Positions 1-13,926 of a stretch of 64,000 nucleotides of DNA are shown piece after piece. Source of the DNA: the human T2T-CHM13v2.0 reference genome, Homo sapiens; NCBI RefSeq assembly GCF_009914755.1, contig NC_060931.1; one strand, written 5' to 3'. Under the pieces are notes generated by a model. That model made no database searches and was not told the origin of the DNA. It saw only the letters and a program-made list of their open reading frames with translations. Position 1 is the first letter of the stretch; each line of letters begins with the position of its first letter. Position numbers and translations under genes: made by a program.

Positions 1-615
1 AGTGTGGCGATTCTTCAGGGATCTAGAACTAGAAATACCATTTGACCCAGCCATCCCATTACTGGGTATATACCCAAAGGACTATAAATCATGCTGCTAT
101 AAAGACACATGCACACGTATGTTTATTGCGGCATTATTCACGATAGCAAAGACTTGGAACCAACCCAAATGTCCAACAATGATAGACTGGATTAAGAAAA
201 TGTGGCACATATACACCATGGAATACTACACAGCCATAAAAAATGATGAGTTCATGTCCTTTGTAGGGACATGGATGAAATTGGAAATCATCATTCTCAG
301 TAAACTATCGCAAGAACAAAAAACCAAACACCGCATATTCTCACTCATAGGTGGGAATTGAACAATGAGATCACATGGACACAGGAAGGGGAATATCACA
401 CTCTGGGGACTGTTGTGGGGTGGGCGGAGGGGGGAGGGATAGCATTGGGAGATATACCTAATGCTAGATGACGAGTTAGTGGGTGCAGCGCACCAGCATG
501 GCACATGTATACATATGTAACTAACCTGCGCAATGTGCACATGTACCCTAAAACTTAAAGTATAATAAAAAAAATAAATAAATAAATAAAATAAAATAAA
601 ATAGAAAAAAAAGAA
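1..615 (+). mobile_element. 3' end of a young L1 (L1PA2-like): ORF2 C-terminus (stop at 359-361), 3' UTR, A-rich tail; antisense within AGMO intron 2
   Basis: ORF 2..361 reads WRFFRDLELEIPFDPAIPLLGIYP...HRIFSLIGGN, the L1 ORF2 end. G-rich tract ~415-440 and poly(A)/(TAAA)n tail from ~565. The diagnostic triplet is GAG (473-475), not ACA/ACG, and the end reads 'cttaaagtat', so it is not L1HS-Ta or pre-Ta. Confidence 0.95.
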
Positions 616-694
616 AGATTAAAACAAAGTGTAGTAGAAAGTTGAAATCATCTCTAGCTGAATGGCTTAAGTATTAGCACATGGTATCAAAGCA

Positions 695-790
695 GATTCA
701 ACCATGGATTCAGGCAGTCATTCAATGAATTCATATGAAGAGCCTACTAAGTGCCAGGCACAGCACAAGACACAAGAACACACTATTAAA
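695..790 (-). mobile_element. L2 3'-end fragment
   Basis: 'cattcaatgaattc...gagcctactaagtgccaggcacag' resembles the reverse complement of the L2 tail; boundaries approximate. Confidence 0.5.
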
Positions 791-2515
791 CAGGGCAAAT
801 GCCACCAGCCTTATAAATATTCCCTCAGTTTAATACCTTTTTTAAAAAAATATGCTATCTTTCTTGTCAACTCCAGTGAAAATGGAAATAGGCATTAAGA
901 TACCAAGATCTCAATAACAGACTGAAGGTCCTAGAAAAACTTCCATTTGTAAAAAAATACATAAATAAATAAATAAATAATTTCAAAAACCTGCCTGAAA
1001 TTGAAATACTTTTCTATTTCCTGTACAGGTGCCAGGTCTTGAGCAGACACCCAATTTATTACTCCGTCAACTGACTTATTAGGGTTAACACAAATCGAGC
1101 TGAAATATGCCTAACATACTACAGTCAAGCCTTCCCCCCACCACATCCCACACACATTAGCATGAAGCCTAACTTCCCTCAAGACACAAAGAAAGAGGGG
1201 AGAAGCTGTGGGAGTTATATTCCCTGCTTTCTATTAGCAAAATTAATTTGATCCCCTTTTATTACATATGTGAAACAATAGCCATGGAGTGCCCACAACT
1301 AAAAGCAATTCACCTAACCAATACAGCTGGGAAATGATTATCAAGCTCTGGAAAGCCCTGGATTGCAGAAAATAGCACCTACATTTTCAAAAATGTTCTC
1401 AGAAGACCTTGAATCATAAACCAAAGTTCCTTCCTCTTTCTCTTCTCAATCCCCCTTACCCCTTCCACCCTGCAATCTCAGCACATGACTCTGCACCCTG
1501 GAATTTAAACTGTCTAAACTCCATCCTGTGGGAAGAGGCATATAAAATATGTACGTATATAGTAAGCTTACTTTATCACATGAAGATGGAATACTGGGTA
1601 GCACAGGGGCTTGGAATTCCCAAATACTAGATCCCTTTTATGCCTTAAGTTTGAATGTAAGACCAGGAAAGTGATCTAAATGTAAAGAGACATTAGAATC
1701 CTCTAATTAGCAACCTGCATATAGAGAGACTTTCCTCCTATTGTCCTATTTTCTTCATGAATTCCCCCAAACAGCAGTTTTCTCTTGGGTCTGAAGTATA
1801 TGTTTCAGTAAATGAAAAGTAGCTTACTTCTCTAACTAGTGAACTGATTTTCTGTGTGTTTTACCTAATATTTTTCTCTCATCACTAGAAATTTGTCAAT
1901 GTTCAGTTACTACAAAAAAAGCTGCTAAGTTACTAAATTGCTATTTAGTATTAATCCTCATTTTTTACAAAATAAAATTCAGTTTTAATGTTAAGATTGA
2001 AAAATAATCAATAAATCAGAAATAAATGTTATTTGGGGATTGAGAATTAGAAACTAATTAGTTTTCAAAGTCATCTCCATCTGAGTCTACCCATCACCAG
2101 GAATAGAAGTGTGAGAGTGGGCATGACATTCACTCTTTCAGTGTCTAAGGATAATTTAAGGTATGAGATAATTAAGCTGAATGAGCCCTAAAACGACTCT
2201 CACGTTGTTGTCATTAAGAAAGCAAGTGACATTTGGTGTAATACTGTCGTTGAAAACTCCTAAGAGAGCAAGTTTCAGAATAAGTAGACTCATGTAATAC
2301 ACTCATACAAATCTGCCAATTTATATTATTCCACAACTGTCATTATAGCTGAGTGTTCTGATTTGGCCAGATTATACAAAACTAAAAAAAAATTAGATAT
2401 TTTTATTTCTAATAATCTTGTTTTATGAGCCAGAAAATAAATCAATATTTAAAAAAGATTATTACAAATATTCTTAAAACTCCAAGAAGTTACAAATAAA
2501 TTAATGTATTGGATC

Positions 2516-2584
<69 letters not shown>
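2516..2584. repeat. Compound (TA)n(CA)n microsatellite
   Basis: Directly visible. Confidence 0.97.
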
Positions 2585-2585
<1 letters not shown>

Positions 2586-5500
2586 GTAAAGAGAGTGAGA
2601 GAGAGAAATTTTTCTGGGAAATTTTGTTATTTATTTACTTCAAAATCTCTTCAACTGAATCCAGGAGTTTGCACTGCCCGTCTGTAAAGCTACTGCCACT
2701 TTTGCTCCATCTAGTGGAATATTGATTTTTGCTTGGTAATAATAAGATAGATAATATTACCTTTACCGTCTGCAAACAAATAAAATGCGTACTACTAGTT
2801 ATTATTGTTAAATGGTATCACATTCATAAAACAATCACTTACTTTAATTTCTTCTTAACAGCAACCATAAAACCATAAACCTTTATAAACACAATGTGAT
2901 AGATTTGAAAGAAATGAATTTGATACATTATTTACTTTGCAGGAAATGTATTACTCAATTGAATAAACACACAAGTCCAGACTAATAAGCAGTGAACCTT
3001 GCATTCACCAGGGAAGGTTCATCTAATAGCAGTTTCTGAAGTTACGCAATTAATAACAAAGACAAAGTCTATTTATTAGTTTTCTAATGCAAATATTAAG
3101 AACAAATGAGACATTCTCTCAAATGTAATTAACAAACCAACAAGTTTTTAAAATTTATTCCCTTACATGGGGATTTTAAATAATTATTTCTAAGTTAATA
3201 CATTTAGTATTAATAATAAAGTACTATTATTAACGTTACACAGATTCATTTATTTCTTATTTTGGACAATGAATTGCTGCTTATTAAAGTCATCACCCAA
3301 AATTATATACATTCATTTGTTAGGTCTGATTTGCCAAGGCAACATTTAGCCTCTCGTGCCAAGGCCCCTAGTATAAAAACCCAGTATACAATTTTTCTTT
3401 ATTCTCTGGCCCCACCCCAAAGAGTCAAAAATATTTTAAAGAAGTTTAATTTCCTCCTTTTTAGTTTTTTTTTTTTTTTTTTTTTTGATGAATTGAAACT
3501 TTCTTGTCAGGAATGGAAAATTCCATGGCAGGCATGGCCAGTAAAAGTATGCATATATATGATTGAACATTGTGGAGCTAGCTCCATAGTAAAAATTGGC
3601 AGTGACCCATATGTATTAAAAGTGCAGTGTCCCCAACTTTATTTGAAAATTTACCTACTTAAATTATCCCTCTAACCTATTGCAATTTGATTTATAATCT
3701 GCTGTTTCAACAGAATAAATGAACCCATTAAAAACAAACATACTGTAGATATTTATATCAGGAATAAAACTTCTCTGGGGAGGATGCAATTTATGGAAGC
3801 AGAAACATTGGAAGGAAGTAACAAATTGAAGTCCCAGTTTTCTAATGAAGGATTGGAAATTGAGTTCTGCTTAAACAAGCAGGAAAAAAATGTGATTATT
3901 TTTCACTCATTAACATTTAAGTCAGTAGCAGGATATTTCACAAGTTTTAGATACGTTTGCTTAAACAATAGATTTGGTAAATATTTTGTTAAATCAAGTT
4001 TAATTTTTTTACAGTCACATATGCAACTAATTGTTAGAAACGCAGATTATCTGCATGATACACTGTGTTTATCTAGAATACATAGACATATATTTTTATA
4101 AGTAGGACTAGTATCTGACTAGGAAGTCTGCCTACTGGATTTCAGAAGAGCAAAACAGATGTAAGCCTGTCCAGAATCTGGTTCTTAGGACAGATGGACT
4201 TTTATTACAGATCATGGTCTGTCCAACAGGCTTGTAAACAAGACATAATATTGTCCATCGTTAATATTTTCCTTGAGATAAAGGTTTGAAAGAGGCAGCA
4301 TGTGTCTTTTCTATCAACATGGTAGGCACGCTATTAATCTTTAAGGTACCTGAAATTTTATGTAATCCTGAAATTAAGATCCTCAAAAAAAAACATGGTT
4401 TTTCTTCAAAGTCTGCACACAACATTTCTATTACATGAATGGCGAAGTGGAAAAACACGTTCGCTTTGATTTCCACTTCTTTTGTCAGAGGCCACATGCT
4501 TATTTGGAATTATTATCCAAAGCATAATTCTTCACAAACGAATTAGCAAAAGGCATACTACCATTTGTCTTGCAATCACCTATTTGAAGGACGTGGCAAG
4601 CCCCTGTTGCTAGTGTAGAAAATGAAATTAGTCCCTGGGAGAGGATCCGATCATTGCCGTGTTAATCTAACCCTCAGCTGTTAATGATTTGCACAGGGAT
4701 TCCCCTTGATGCTGTGGCTTCAACTGAAATATTGTTTTAAGAATTGATGTCAAATTCTTCCTTTTTTTTTCTGAAAGGGGATTGAGAGGAATGGATCCAC
4801 AGGCTCGCTTTTCCTTTTCTGTTTATATCTGGGTTTGGGATTTTTTTTTAATAGCAAAAAATAAAATAAAAATATTTTTCACCATAGTTTTATATAACAA
4901 AACAAAAAAATGCATTTTCAGATAATTTGCTTTACTGGGATCTTTCAGACAAGGCTGTAAAAGAGAAAATTCCTTGAAAAACTTTTTAAAAATCCACATT
5001 TCATAATTTAGAATTGTTCTTTACATCTACAAGGAAGAAAGGAGTAATTTGCTATTCTCATTTAAAATACTTTAGAAAAATATTCTCCAAATTAAAGTTC
5101 ATAACCTTTTACCTTTCTCTCAAAGGGCACCAGAGTTAACAGTTTGTGTTAGTTTAAGGACTGTTATGAGTAGTGGGTGAAGGAAAAGAACCTCATGTTC
5201 TATCCCTGAAGGACTGGTTTGTTTTGGTTTCTTTTTTTCCTTCTCTCTCTCTCTCTCTCCCCCCTTTCCCCTTTCTCTCTGCTTTTTGGGGTGTATTTTT
5301 TGTAAAAATATCTCTTTTATTCTTGTTTTCCTGTTATAACTCTGTACCTTTTTAAAATAACACTGCTAAGCAAAAATATTGTATTGAGGATACAGTTTGT
5401 ATTTCTGGTACTTACAATGTTATGATAAGAGAACAATCTAATTTCATTTGGAACAAAATCAAACTTTAAAAGGTAAAAAAAAAAATTCTGAAGAGTTCAT

Positions 5501-6439
5501 TCAATTTGCTGTCAAATTCATTGTCAAAATGCTTAACAAATGCATTCCAATTCAGTAAAATATATGACCCATAATCGTATATACAGGGCAATTTTCAGTT
5601 ATTGGGTGACGTTTATAGTTTATCAATAATCTGATTTCCATAACCTATACACTTAACTTTCTGAGAATGAGCTAAATTAACCAACTGGGTATTTTTAAAT
5701 AACTAAATCTACATCTAAATCTATATACCCTTGGGCATGTTGAATGTATTTCTTGTTCATTTCTGCTTAAAGGGGACAAGTATTATAATAAAGGAAATTA
5801 TCTATAATTGTAAATTCTTATTCATGATAATCTGGGAATTAGCTGCAAATTTCTGGAGACATTATCTTCTTCTGATTTCAACTGCAAAATGCAACAATTA
5901 CAAGTAGTTTTTCAGAGTAAATATTATTAATATTACTTCTACTATATACCTAATAATGCACTTTTCTCAAACACTTATTGAAAAAATTTTACTTTTAAGT
6001 TTACTTTTATTTAAACTATTTTATGTAATATATGAAATTATTCCACCTTTTTTAGATATTTAAAGTTTTAATGTTATTTTTTAAAAATCCACCTTAGCTT
6101 CCCACTGGGCGGTTAATAGAAACATTCCAAAGCAATGAGCACCAGTCAGAAGTAAAGCTCTTAAAACAGGACAAGAAGAAATGGGTGGGAAGCTGGAATG
6201 AGAACATTCATCAGCAGCTCAAAGCACAGACTTCTAAGGGAATCTTTCCTCACCCTCTGCCTCTTTGGTAAGCCCTCACGTGTTGAAGATGACTTCCATT
6301 TATTGGTCTTTCCTCTTCACACATTATAATGTACTCTTTCTAAAAAATAGTAGGTCATTTATATCTTACTATTATTGAGTCCCAATATCATCTAATTTTA
6401 TCATCAACATAATGTTACAGGAATATTACTGCTTTTGGG

Positions 6440-7020
6440 GAAACTACATGCAACAGACATCATTCCAGGCACAGGAGCTAAAACTATTAAGAACATACAC
6501 CTCTTGCTCTCAAGTTGTGTGCAAGCTAGCAGGAAGGGCTGAGAGAAAAACAGGTAAGCATCATGTCATGTGATAATTCTAGATCTGGGATAAGCACACA
6601 ATTCCATGGGACTGTAGTGTAGGAATGCAGGAATGCCTAACATAAGGTTGGAAAACAGATAAAGCTTGCTGAAGAGTGTGATGTCTATGCTTAGACCTAA
6701 TGAATGAATCTGAATTGGCCTGGATGGCTTTCCAGGCAGAGGGAAGTGCCTGTGGCATGTGGACAATGGCAAGTAGTAAAGCATGACAGGATAAACATGA
6801 CAAATAGACAGGAGAGTGGACGATCCAAAAGCAAAGCCAGAGAAACAATGTTCTCTATAGTTCAAGACAGGGATTTTTACCTTACACTTGAGGCAATAGA
6901 GAGCCAGTGAAGGGTTTCCACTGGATTCATATTATGGAAATGCTTGGCTGCAAACGGGGTTGTACTAGAGCCAGACACCAATTAGCAAACTATTGTAGTT
7001 ATTCAGAGATTTGTGTGACC
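6440..7020 (-). mobile_element. Degraded L2 fragment
   Basis: L2-like motifs 'ttccaggcagagggaag', 'gagccagtgaagggtttc', 'cttgctctcaagttg'; boundaries approximate. Confidence 0.55.
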
Positions 7021-7380
7021 TGCTCTAGGGAATGGCTACACCCGAGACAGCTATTCTTTCTGAAGCTGGAAGAGACAAAACACAATTTTAATAGAGAACC
7101 AGACCATAACTCAGAGTTGGAACCTCAATAAGGCAAATGAAGCACTCATTTCAAAGGGATATCAACAGAGTCAAGATAAATAATGTTTGCGGTGATTTTT
7201 TAAATAAGTGCAAAAAATCAATGAAGAACAAAATATCAAAATTTTAAATAATGACATGAACTGAATTTTTTGGGAAAATTTGTGTAAATAAACTAATTCT
7301 CCCATGCATTGGGTTCCTTTGCCCCTCATACTTAGGCAATTTCAGTTTTTATGCTCAGCGTTGTTGACCATCTAACTCAC

Positions 7381-7511
7381 CTTGGAAGTCGAGACAGAAC
7401 ACCAGCTGAGATTGACGTTAAAGCATCATCCAGGCGACCTGGTGGCTTTCCTTTGAGAATCCAGCTGACAACAAGTTCAAGCAGCATCAAAGAAATGAAA
7501 AATGGAGTTGC
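7381..7511 (-). CDS. AGMO: AGMO (alkylglycerol monooxygenase, TMEM195) coding exon 2, 131 nt
   Basis: Minus strand encodes ATPFFISLMLLELVVSWILKGKPPGRLDDALTSISAGVLSRLP(S). Polypyrimidine tract and CAG acceptor (AG at 7513-7512); donor AG|GTGAGT at 7380. Joins exon 1 in phase 0. Not present in the supplied ORF track. Confidence 0.96.
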
Positions 7512-8959
7512 CTGGAAAGGAAGTTGCAGAAAAGAGATGCTATTATGTTCCATATGAAATTATTTTACATTTCCTGATTAGTCATTTCAGAATTGAAAGG
7601 CCCAGATTTGGGAAGCCCTGCAGGAGATGGTAGACACTCATTTTAGAGGATTACTTCCTACACAGTGGTAAAGAAGTCTAATTATTTTAGACATACACTA
7701 AACATGTGCTCAAATTCTATCATCCAATTTGAATATGAAATGTAATCATAGATATAACCACGATAATTATAATATTATAAGATTAAGAGGAACATCTTCC
7801 AAATTAGTTTAAAAAATACATTTAGAATAAGGTAGATAATTAGAGGTCTATTGTCTCTACATGTATAATTTAGACCCACTTCAAGAGGCTTTCCTTAAAG
7901 ATGCACATAATTCTAATTTTTCATATTAGACTTACCAGAACTATTTCTAATGATGAAATTCAAAGAGTAGAGACAATTTTCTGCTTAGAATTTTAGAGAA
8001 TATGGTAATTTTACATGTTTGCTTAAAACATGATTCAGATTTTATTCATTTGGTTTTGATTTTTGTTTCACATAATAAGAGATGTTTTGAAAGCTCCACT
8101 ATTGGTGATGGAGCATTGAATTTGGTTTGATATTGCAGTATAAACAATAATAATTTATGAAGATATCAGTGCCACTTTTTTTAACTTAAAAACTCAGAAA
8201 GAAAGTGTAATATCTAATCTTGAAAAAGATACGGATTTTACTCATTTGGAAGCTAATCATGAGTTTTGAAGCTTTCTAAACTGAACTCTCAATAACATAT
8301 TCTATGATGTCATTTTTTTTCTATTTCTGCCATGAACTAGTGAGTGTTGTAGGAATAACTTTGATAGGGTGGGGAACTTCAGTATTCAAGTTCTAATTCT
8401 GGATATTTCCACTTCCAATCATAGCCAGGAACCAGAAGTGAAATGTGCCTCTGAGCACTTCAGAGTTTCAAAGAAAACTTGGGTCAAATTCAAACTTAGG
8501 AAGTCAGAGCTGGACCTGGTCAAGCTGCATATCCTTCATTCTGCTGAACTACTCTACCAAATGAAAGAGGAAATAGTTTCCCTGGAAGGGGTGGACAAGT
8601 GAAAGATTTAAAAATGAAATTGTTACAAAGTTTACTGATGTGGTGTAACTATTTGTCATTGAGCTTCCAATAGCTACATTTACAATGCCATGGAGTCCAG
8701 GAAAACTTTAAACTTTTGTTTTTGTCATATTCTGGAGTGACATATAAAAGAGGGAATTTACAGGTGAAGATGGCTATGGATTGTAAGAAAATTCAAGTGG
8801 AAATTCTACTTTTGCTTCACGCCTTTAAGAAACTGAATTATTATTATTAGAATGTAATCATTTGAATAATGAAAGTGAACAAAACCCTAAGGAGATTGAC
8901 CTTACCATTTATTAAGAAAGCAGCAAGAATAAGAGTAGCCTCTTCCAATAAAGTCTCAC

Positions 8960-9085
8960 CTTTTTTACATAATCAGGCACCTCTTCTAATGTTTGGAATG
9001 AAGTTTCACTGGGTTTCATCGTGTAAAACAACATGCGAAATCCCTGGGAAACTGAAACATCCTGCTGGGCTTCTGGGTTCTTCAT
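8960..9085 (-). CDS. AGMO: AGMO coding part of exon 1 (42 codons)
   Basis: ATG at 9085-9083, then MKNPEAQQDVSVSQGFRMLFYTMKPSETSFQTLEEVPDYVKK, the recognised AGMO N-terminus; donor AAG|GTGAGA at 8959. Confidence 0.97.
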
Positions 9086-9400
9086 TTCTGCCCTTGTCTG
9101 ATTCCCAGCTGGAGAATATTTAGGATTCAATGCTTGAAGCCTGAGGCTGAACAAAGAGGACGAGATGTGCAGCTCAGAACAAGCTCTTTGTCAGAGAACA
9201 GCTAAAACCAAAGCTCCACTGAGAGCACACTCAACAGCCGATTCTGTGTAGAGAGACAGGAAAATACAAGGATCAAGAACAAGTACAGAGTTCAGTGGGC
9301 GCTGGGCCAGAAACAGGGCATGTGGGGGAGGGAAAAGAGGACTCATACCCAAATCAAAGTCATACAGTGCAGTTTGACTGTAGGTGGAGCAAGTTACTAC
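9086..9400 (-). promoter_or_regulatory. AGMO: AGMO 5' UTR and proximal promoter (non-CpG-island; TSS inferred near ~9250)
   Basis: Directly upstream of the first coding exon. No upstream ATG on the minus strand in 9086-9250. DR1-like AGTACA-G-AGTTCA at 9282-9294. The TSS position is inference. Confidence 0.6.
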
Positions 9401-10131
9401 TTAAAAAAGAAGAGAAAAAACATCATAATAGTGTCTCGGAAAGAAAAAAGTGATAACGCAGGTATATGTTCACTCTGAAAAACTGGATAGAAATTCAAGC
9501 ATCAAGTCACATAGAAAAACCTTTTTTTCTCCTCATTTAGAAATTTACAATGTGTTCAAGCTTGTAGTTTCTTTATTTCCTACAGAGACTGTGTATAGGC
9601 GAGCTACTTAATAATAGCTTGAAAGTCAGTAAGCACTGAATATCTGGCTCCTTATTGCCTATCTATATTTCTGTATCTGAATCATGTTATTACCACTTCT
9701 GAATGTTTGCAACCAGTTTAGGGGCATTTGGCTTATTACATAATCTACATTATTTAATGGAAAATTGGCTAGTCACATCTTCTCTATTCTTCTTAGTACT
9801 TATGGGAACTTTCTGATTAAAGAAGGTGCCAAGATGTTGCTGTGAGACCTGTTTCTGTTTTACAGAAAGAGCTTAAGTGATTGTACCTTTTAAGTAGATT
9901 AGAAGGCACTTAATTTATTACATTACCAGTGAATATGTGGAGCTTGCCAGAATAGCCTCAGCTCTTTACCCAAAACAGCTGTAATCATCCTTTAGCTGCC
10001 ATTTCATCATTTAAAGATGTTTACATAGATCTAATTAAAGTATCAATGCACGATTGTTTTAGAAAAATATAGAAACTATAGATAAGCAATAATAAGCTGC
10101 CCAAAACGCTATTAACATTTTGGTACATGTA

Positions 10132-10736
10132 TGGTCAGTTTTGCTATAATGTGATATATCCATTCCTAAAAATCACTATACTGTACAAAATTGTGCAATA
10201 AAAACCACGGGACTTGTGAGAAAAAATGTGATTAGGGTAAAATACTCAAAAACTTCATAATGACCCACAAGGAACAAGAAAAAAAGGATGAGAGCCTAAT
10301 AAAAATGGTAGCACACTTTCACACGTTACATGGTTAAGATATACATAAATACTAAAATAAATATGATGCTTTACCTTGAAAAAGACCTGAAACTTGTTTT
10401 GGAAATTAGGCATTGGAAGATTTGCAAACTGCAAGTTACTTTAGCTTGTTGAAATGTGGGTTATCTGAAATCAGACAGAAAGTTGCAATATGACATATGG
10501 GTGTCAAGGCTCACAACACACAGGTGAAGTGAGGGTGTTACTATAAGTGGTGGGTGTATTTTGTGCATCCTAAGCCTTTCTGTTTTTCAGTTCAGTTTTT
10601 TAAAGTTCAACTACTCTTTTTCACTGAAAATAAAATCACACATGAGCATAGGCAGTATGCTCAAATTATTTTCTGGTATATTAATCACATTGGAACAAAT
10701 TTAATCTCAAAGCACATGTTATAGCAGAATTGACTG
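10132..10736. mobile_element. TcMar-Tigger-derived non-autonomous DNA transposon (MER82-like)
   Basis: Terminal inverted repeats: left 'tggtcagttttgctataatgtg', right 'catgttatagcagaattgactg'; TA on the left flank; ~605 bp. Confidence 0.7.
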
Positions 10737-10795
10737 TCCTTTCAGACCATTCCCATTACCAATAAGTACATATGGACATTAATTTTTAATAAAGG

Positions 10796-11130
<335 letters not shown>

Positions 11131-11569
11131 TTATTACCTGCTTTCAAAACAATTTTGGAAATTAACAATGTGATACAAGAGAAAAAAATACAAACAATAT
11201 AGCTGTATATAAAGTCAAAAGTGGCAGCATCCTTTCTTCTCAATATATGCACACCTTGCACTTCACTTCATAGGGATAACATATCCTCTTGGTGGGGTTT
11301 TTTTTTTTTTTTTTTTTTGCCATATCTGTTTTTTCCTAAAAGGGATAGTTATTATCATTATTACTATACAAATACGTTTCTATATACACATAATGGTTCG
11401 ATTTTGCAATGGACCTTATCAAACATAAGATACAGCAAGTTCCTTCTTGGAGTCAATAACTTACCAGGAACATTTCTTTTTTAGTATATGATTATACAGG
11501 TACAGCCTTTTCTTCGTTGTTTTTACTGGCTGCAAAAGTGTGTGTGTGCATTTCAATGAGCAAAACAAA

Positions 11570-12455
11570 ATTATTTCTAACTTTTTAAAGCAGAAGCAAT
11601 TTTATACAAGAAAAAAGTTGTTACATAGATGATGGGAGAAGTAAAAAACCAAGCAGGAACAAAGAGGTAATCTAGAGATTAGTACCAATAGGAAGCCACT
11701 ACCATTGTTAAATTGTAGGGACAAATGGAGAAGGTTGTATTAGTAGGGCCCAGGGGCTATGGTCATCTAGGAAAAGTTAGAACCACCATTGGCTTGTCTA
11801 GCAAGAGTATTTCCCATGGAGCAAAGCCAATCAAAGCCAGAAATAATACCCATGGCAGAGAGGGAAGAAAGGGAAGTACTATGGCTTCTCCCTTCTTCCT
11901 GCCCACCAGTCTCCCAACAGTACTTCCCATTAGGCTATGACATGGTTGGATTTGCGTCCTGGCCCAAATCTCATGTCAAATTGAAATCCCCAGTGTTGGA
12001 GGAGGGGCCTCGTGGGAGATGATTGGATCATGGGGGTAGATTGCCCTCTTGCTGTTCTCCTGATAGTGAGTGAGTTCTCAAGAGATTGGTTGTTTAAAAG
12101 TGTGTAGCACCTCCCTCTTCTGTCTCGTCCTCCTGCTCTGGTCATGTAAGGCACACCTGTTTCCCCTTCTGCAGTGATTGAAAGTTACTTGAGGCCTCCC
12201 TAGCAATTATTCCTGTACAGCCTGCAGAACTATGAGGCAACTAAAACTCTTTTCTTTACAGATTACTCAATCTCAGATTGTTCTTTACAGCAGTGTGAGA
12301 ATAGACTAATACAAGCTAAATGAGTCAAAAGCCAGTTGACAGAAAAAGCTAGAAAAAGAAGCCTGCTGAAGGTAACCTCTTACTACACACAGTGCTGAAG
12401 GAGAAAGGGAGGGAAGAATCAATCTATGGAAAAAGTCAACCAAGAACCAGCACAC
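11570..12455. mobile_element. Old ERVL-type LTR (LTR33/LTR16-like) interrupted by an MST LTR
   Basis: Motif 'cagtctcccaacagtacttcccattaggct...aaaagccagttgac' continues across the MST insertion; family uncertain. Confidence 0.4.
11938..12313 (+). mobile_element. MaLR solo LTR (MSTA-like)
   Basis: TG...CA ends, 'cccaaatctcatgtc', 'gattggatcatgggg', 'cagtgtgagaatagactaataca'; 5-bp TSD ggcta/agcta. Confidence 0.88.
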
Positions 12456-12459
12456 CATC

Positions 12460-13535
12460 ATAACTTATTTAATTACTCCTCTATTGTTGTGTGTGTAAAC
12501 GCAGTCTTCCATTTTTAACTAATAAATTTAATGCAACAATAAACATCATGGTATAAATATTTATACATTTTGCACATTTTTTGTTACATAGATTCCTAGC
12601 AGCGGAATTATGCTATGAAGATGATGTAAAATTTACCCTTTGATAATTACTGCCGAATTCCCCTTTCAGATTGCCTTCCCCTCCACACTCTTGCTAACAC
12701 TGGCTATTATTAATCTTTCATAATTTTTAGCCAATTAGTTAATGAAAAAATGGTATCTTGTTTTAATTTGCATCTCACTAATGACACTGAACATCTTTCA
12801 GTACATTTATTAATGTTTTTTTGCTTCTTAATCTGAAATTTATTTTTTAATATGAGCTGCACATTATTTTATTTCATTGTCATTATTGGTTTATAGGCCA
12901 TTTGTATTATAAATATATAATTCTATGTACAGTATATATATTCTGATATATGTGACAAGTATTTTCTCATTTCATATTCACTAGTTATCTATATGTTGTC
13001 ATACTGCAATTGTAACTTTGTGTGTGCTGTTATCCTTTGTTACCTCTGCTTTTGGATCTTGCTTATGAACATTTCCCTTGCCAGAATTCCGTAAGAATAA
13101 TCTTCTGATTTTTTTTTTTTGGAGCATTTAAAAGATTTCTGTTGTTTCAATTATCTGGAATTTAGTTTTCCATATGGTATGTAGTAATTATTTGACTTTT
13201 TACCTTGCCTTTATGGATCACAGTTCTTGCCACACCATTAGTCAGTCAATACTTTCCCCACTATTCTATGTACCTGTACTATTTCCAGGCTCTTCATTCA
13301 GCTCTATGGATGTTTTTATCTACTCTTATGCTAGTACCATGTTGTCTTCATTATTGTACTGTCATAATAAATTCTGGTAACTTGTAGAACAATTTATCAT
13401 GCTTGAATTTTATTACTCAAAAATATGAAGCTGTTTTTACACATTTGCTTGTGTAAATGTTTAGACTAAACTTCAAAGCATCCTGTTGGCATTTTAATTG
13501 GAACTACATTAAATTCATGGATTAATATGGAAAGA
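12460..13535 (-). mobile_element. Old L1M fragment
   Basis: T-rich antisense L1 ORF2 motifs such as 'gttttaatttgcatctc' and 'ttggaactacattaaattc...agaattgacatc'. Confidence 0.65.
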
Positions 13536-13926
13536 ATTGACATCGGAGACACTCAATAAATTTGTTTTGAATGAATTAATGTATATACTAAAATCATTTG
13601 AACTTAATTCTATGACTAAATCATGTCAATGCTCACTTCCAACACTTCTATTCCTTATATCTTCCATTCTTTTTTTTTTCCTTTGTACTGTTACAGATTG
13701 CACAAAGTTTTCAGGACAGTACATGTATAATTGCATACCTTACTATAATTTTTTTTGCTTATCTATGTGAAGGATAAGTTGGCTAAATATACACTTTTTG
13801 GTTCAAATAGTAATTCTTTCAAAATTCAACAGAGACAGAGCACTTTGGCTGAAGACCTGTTAGGTGAAACCAAGGTGGACAAAACACAGGACTTTGAACC
13901 TTCACATGAACCAAAAAGAGGACGCT

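Noticed and set aside
3262-4101. 137-aa and 105-aa plus-strand ORFs
   Set aside because: One runs through a poly-T tract; both are AT-rich intronic sequence with no recognisable domain.
9086-9154. 23-aa in-frame N-terminal extension of AGMO in the ORF track
   Set aside because: Starts at TTG, not ATG; it is an open 5' UTR frame with no evidence of use.
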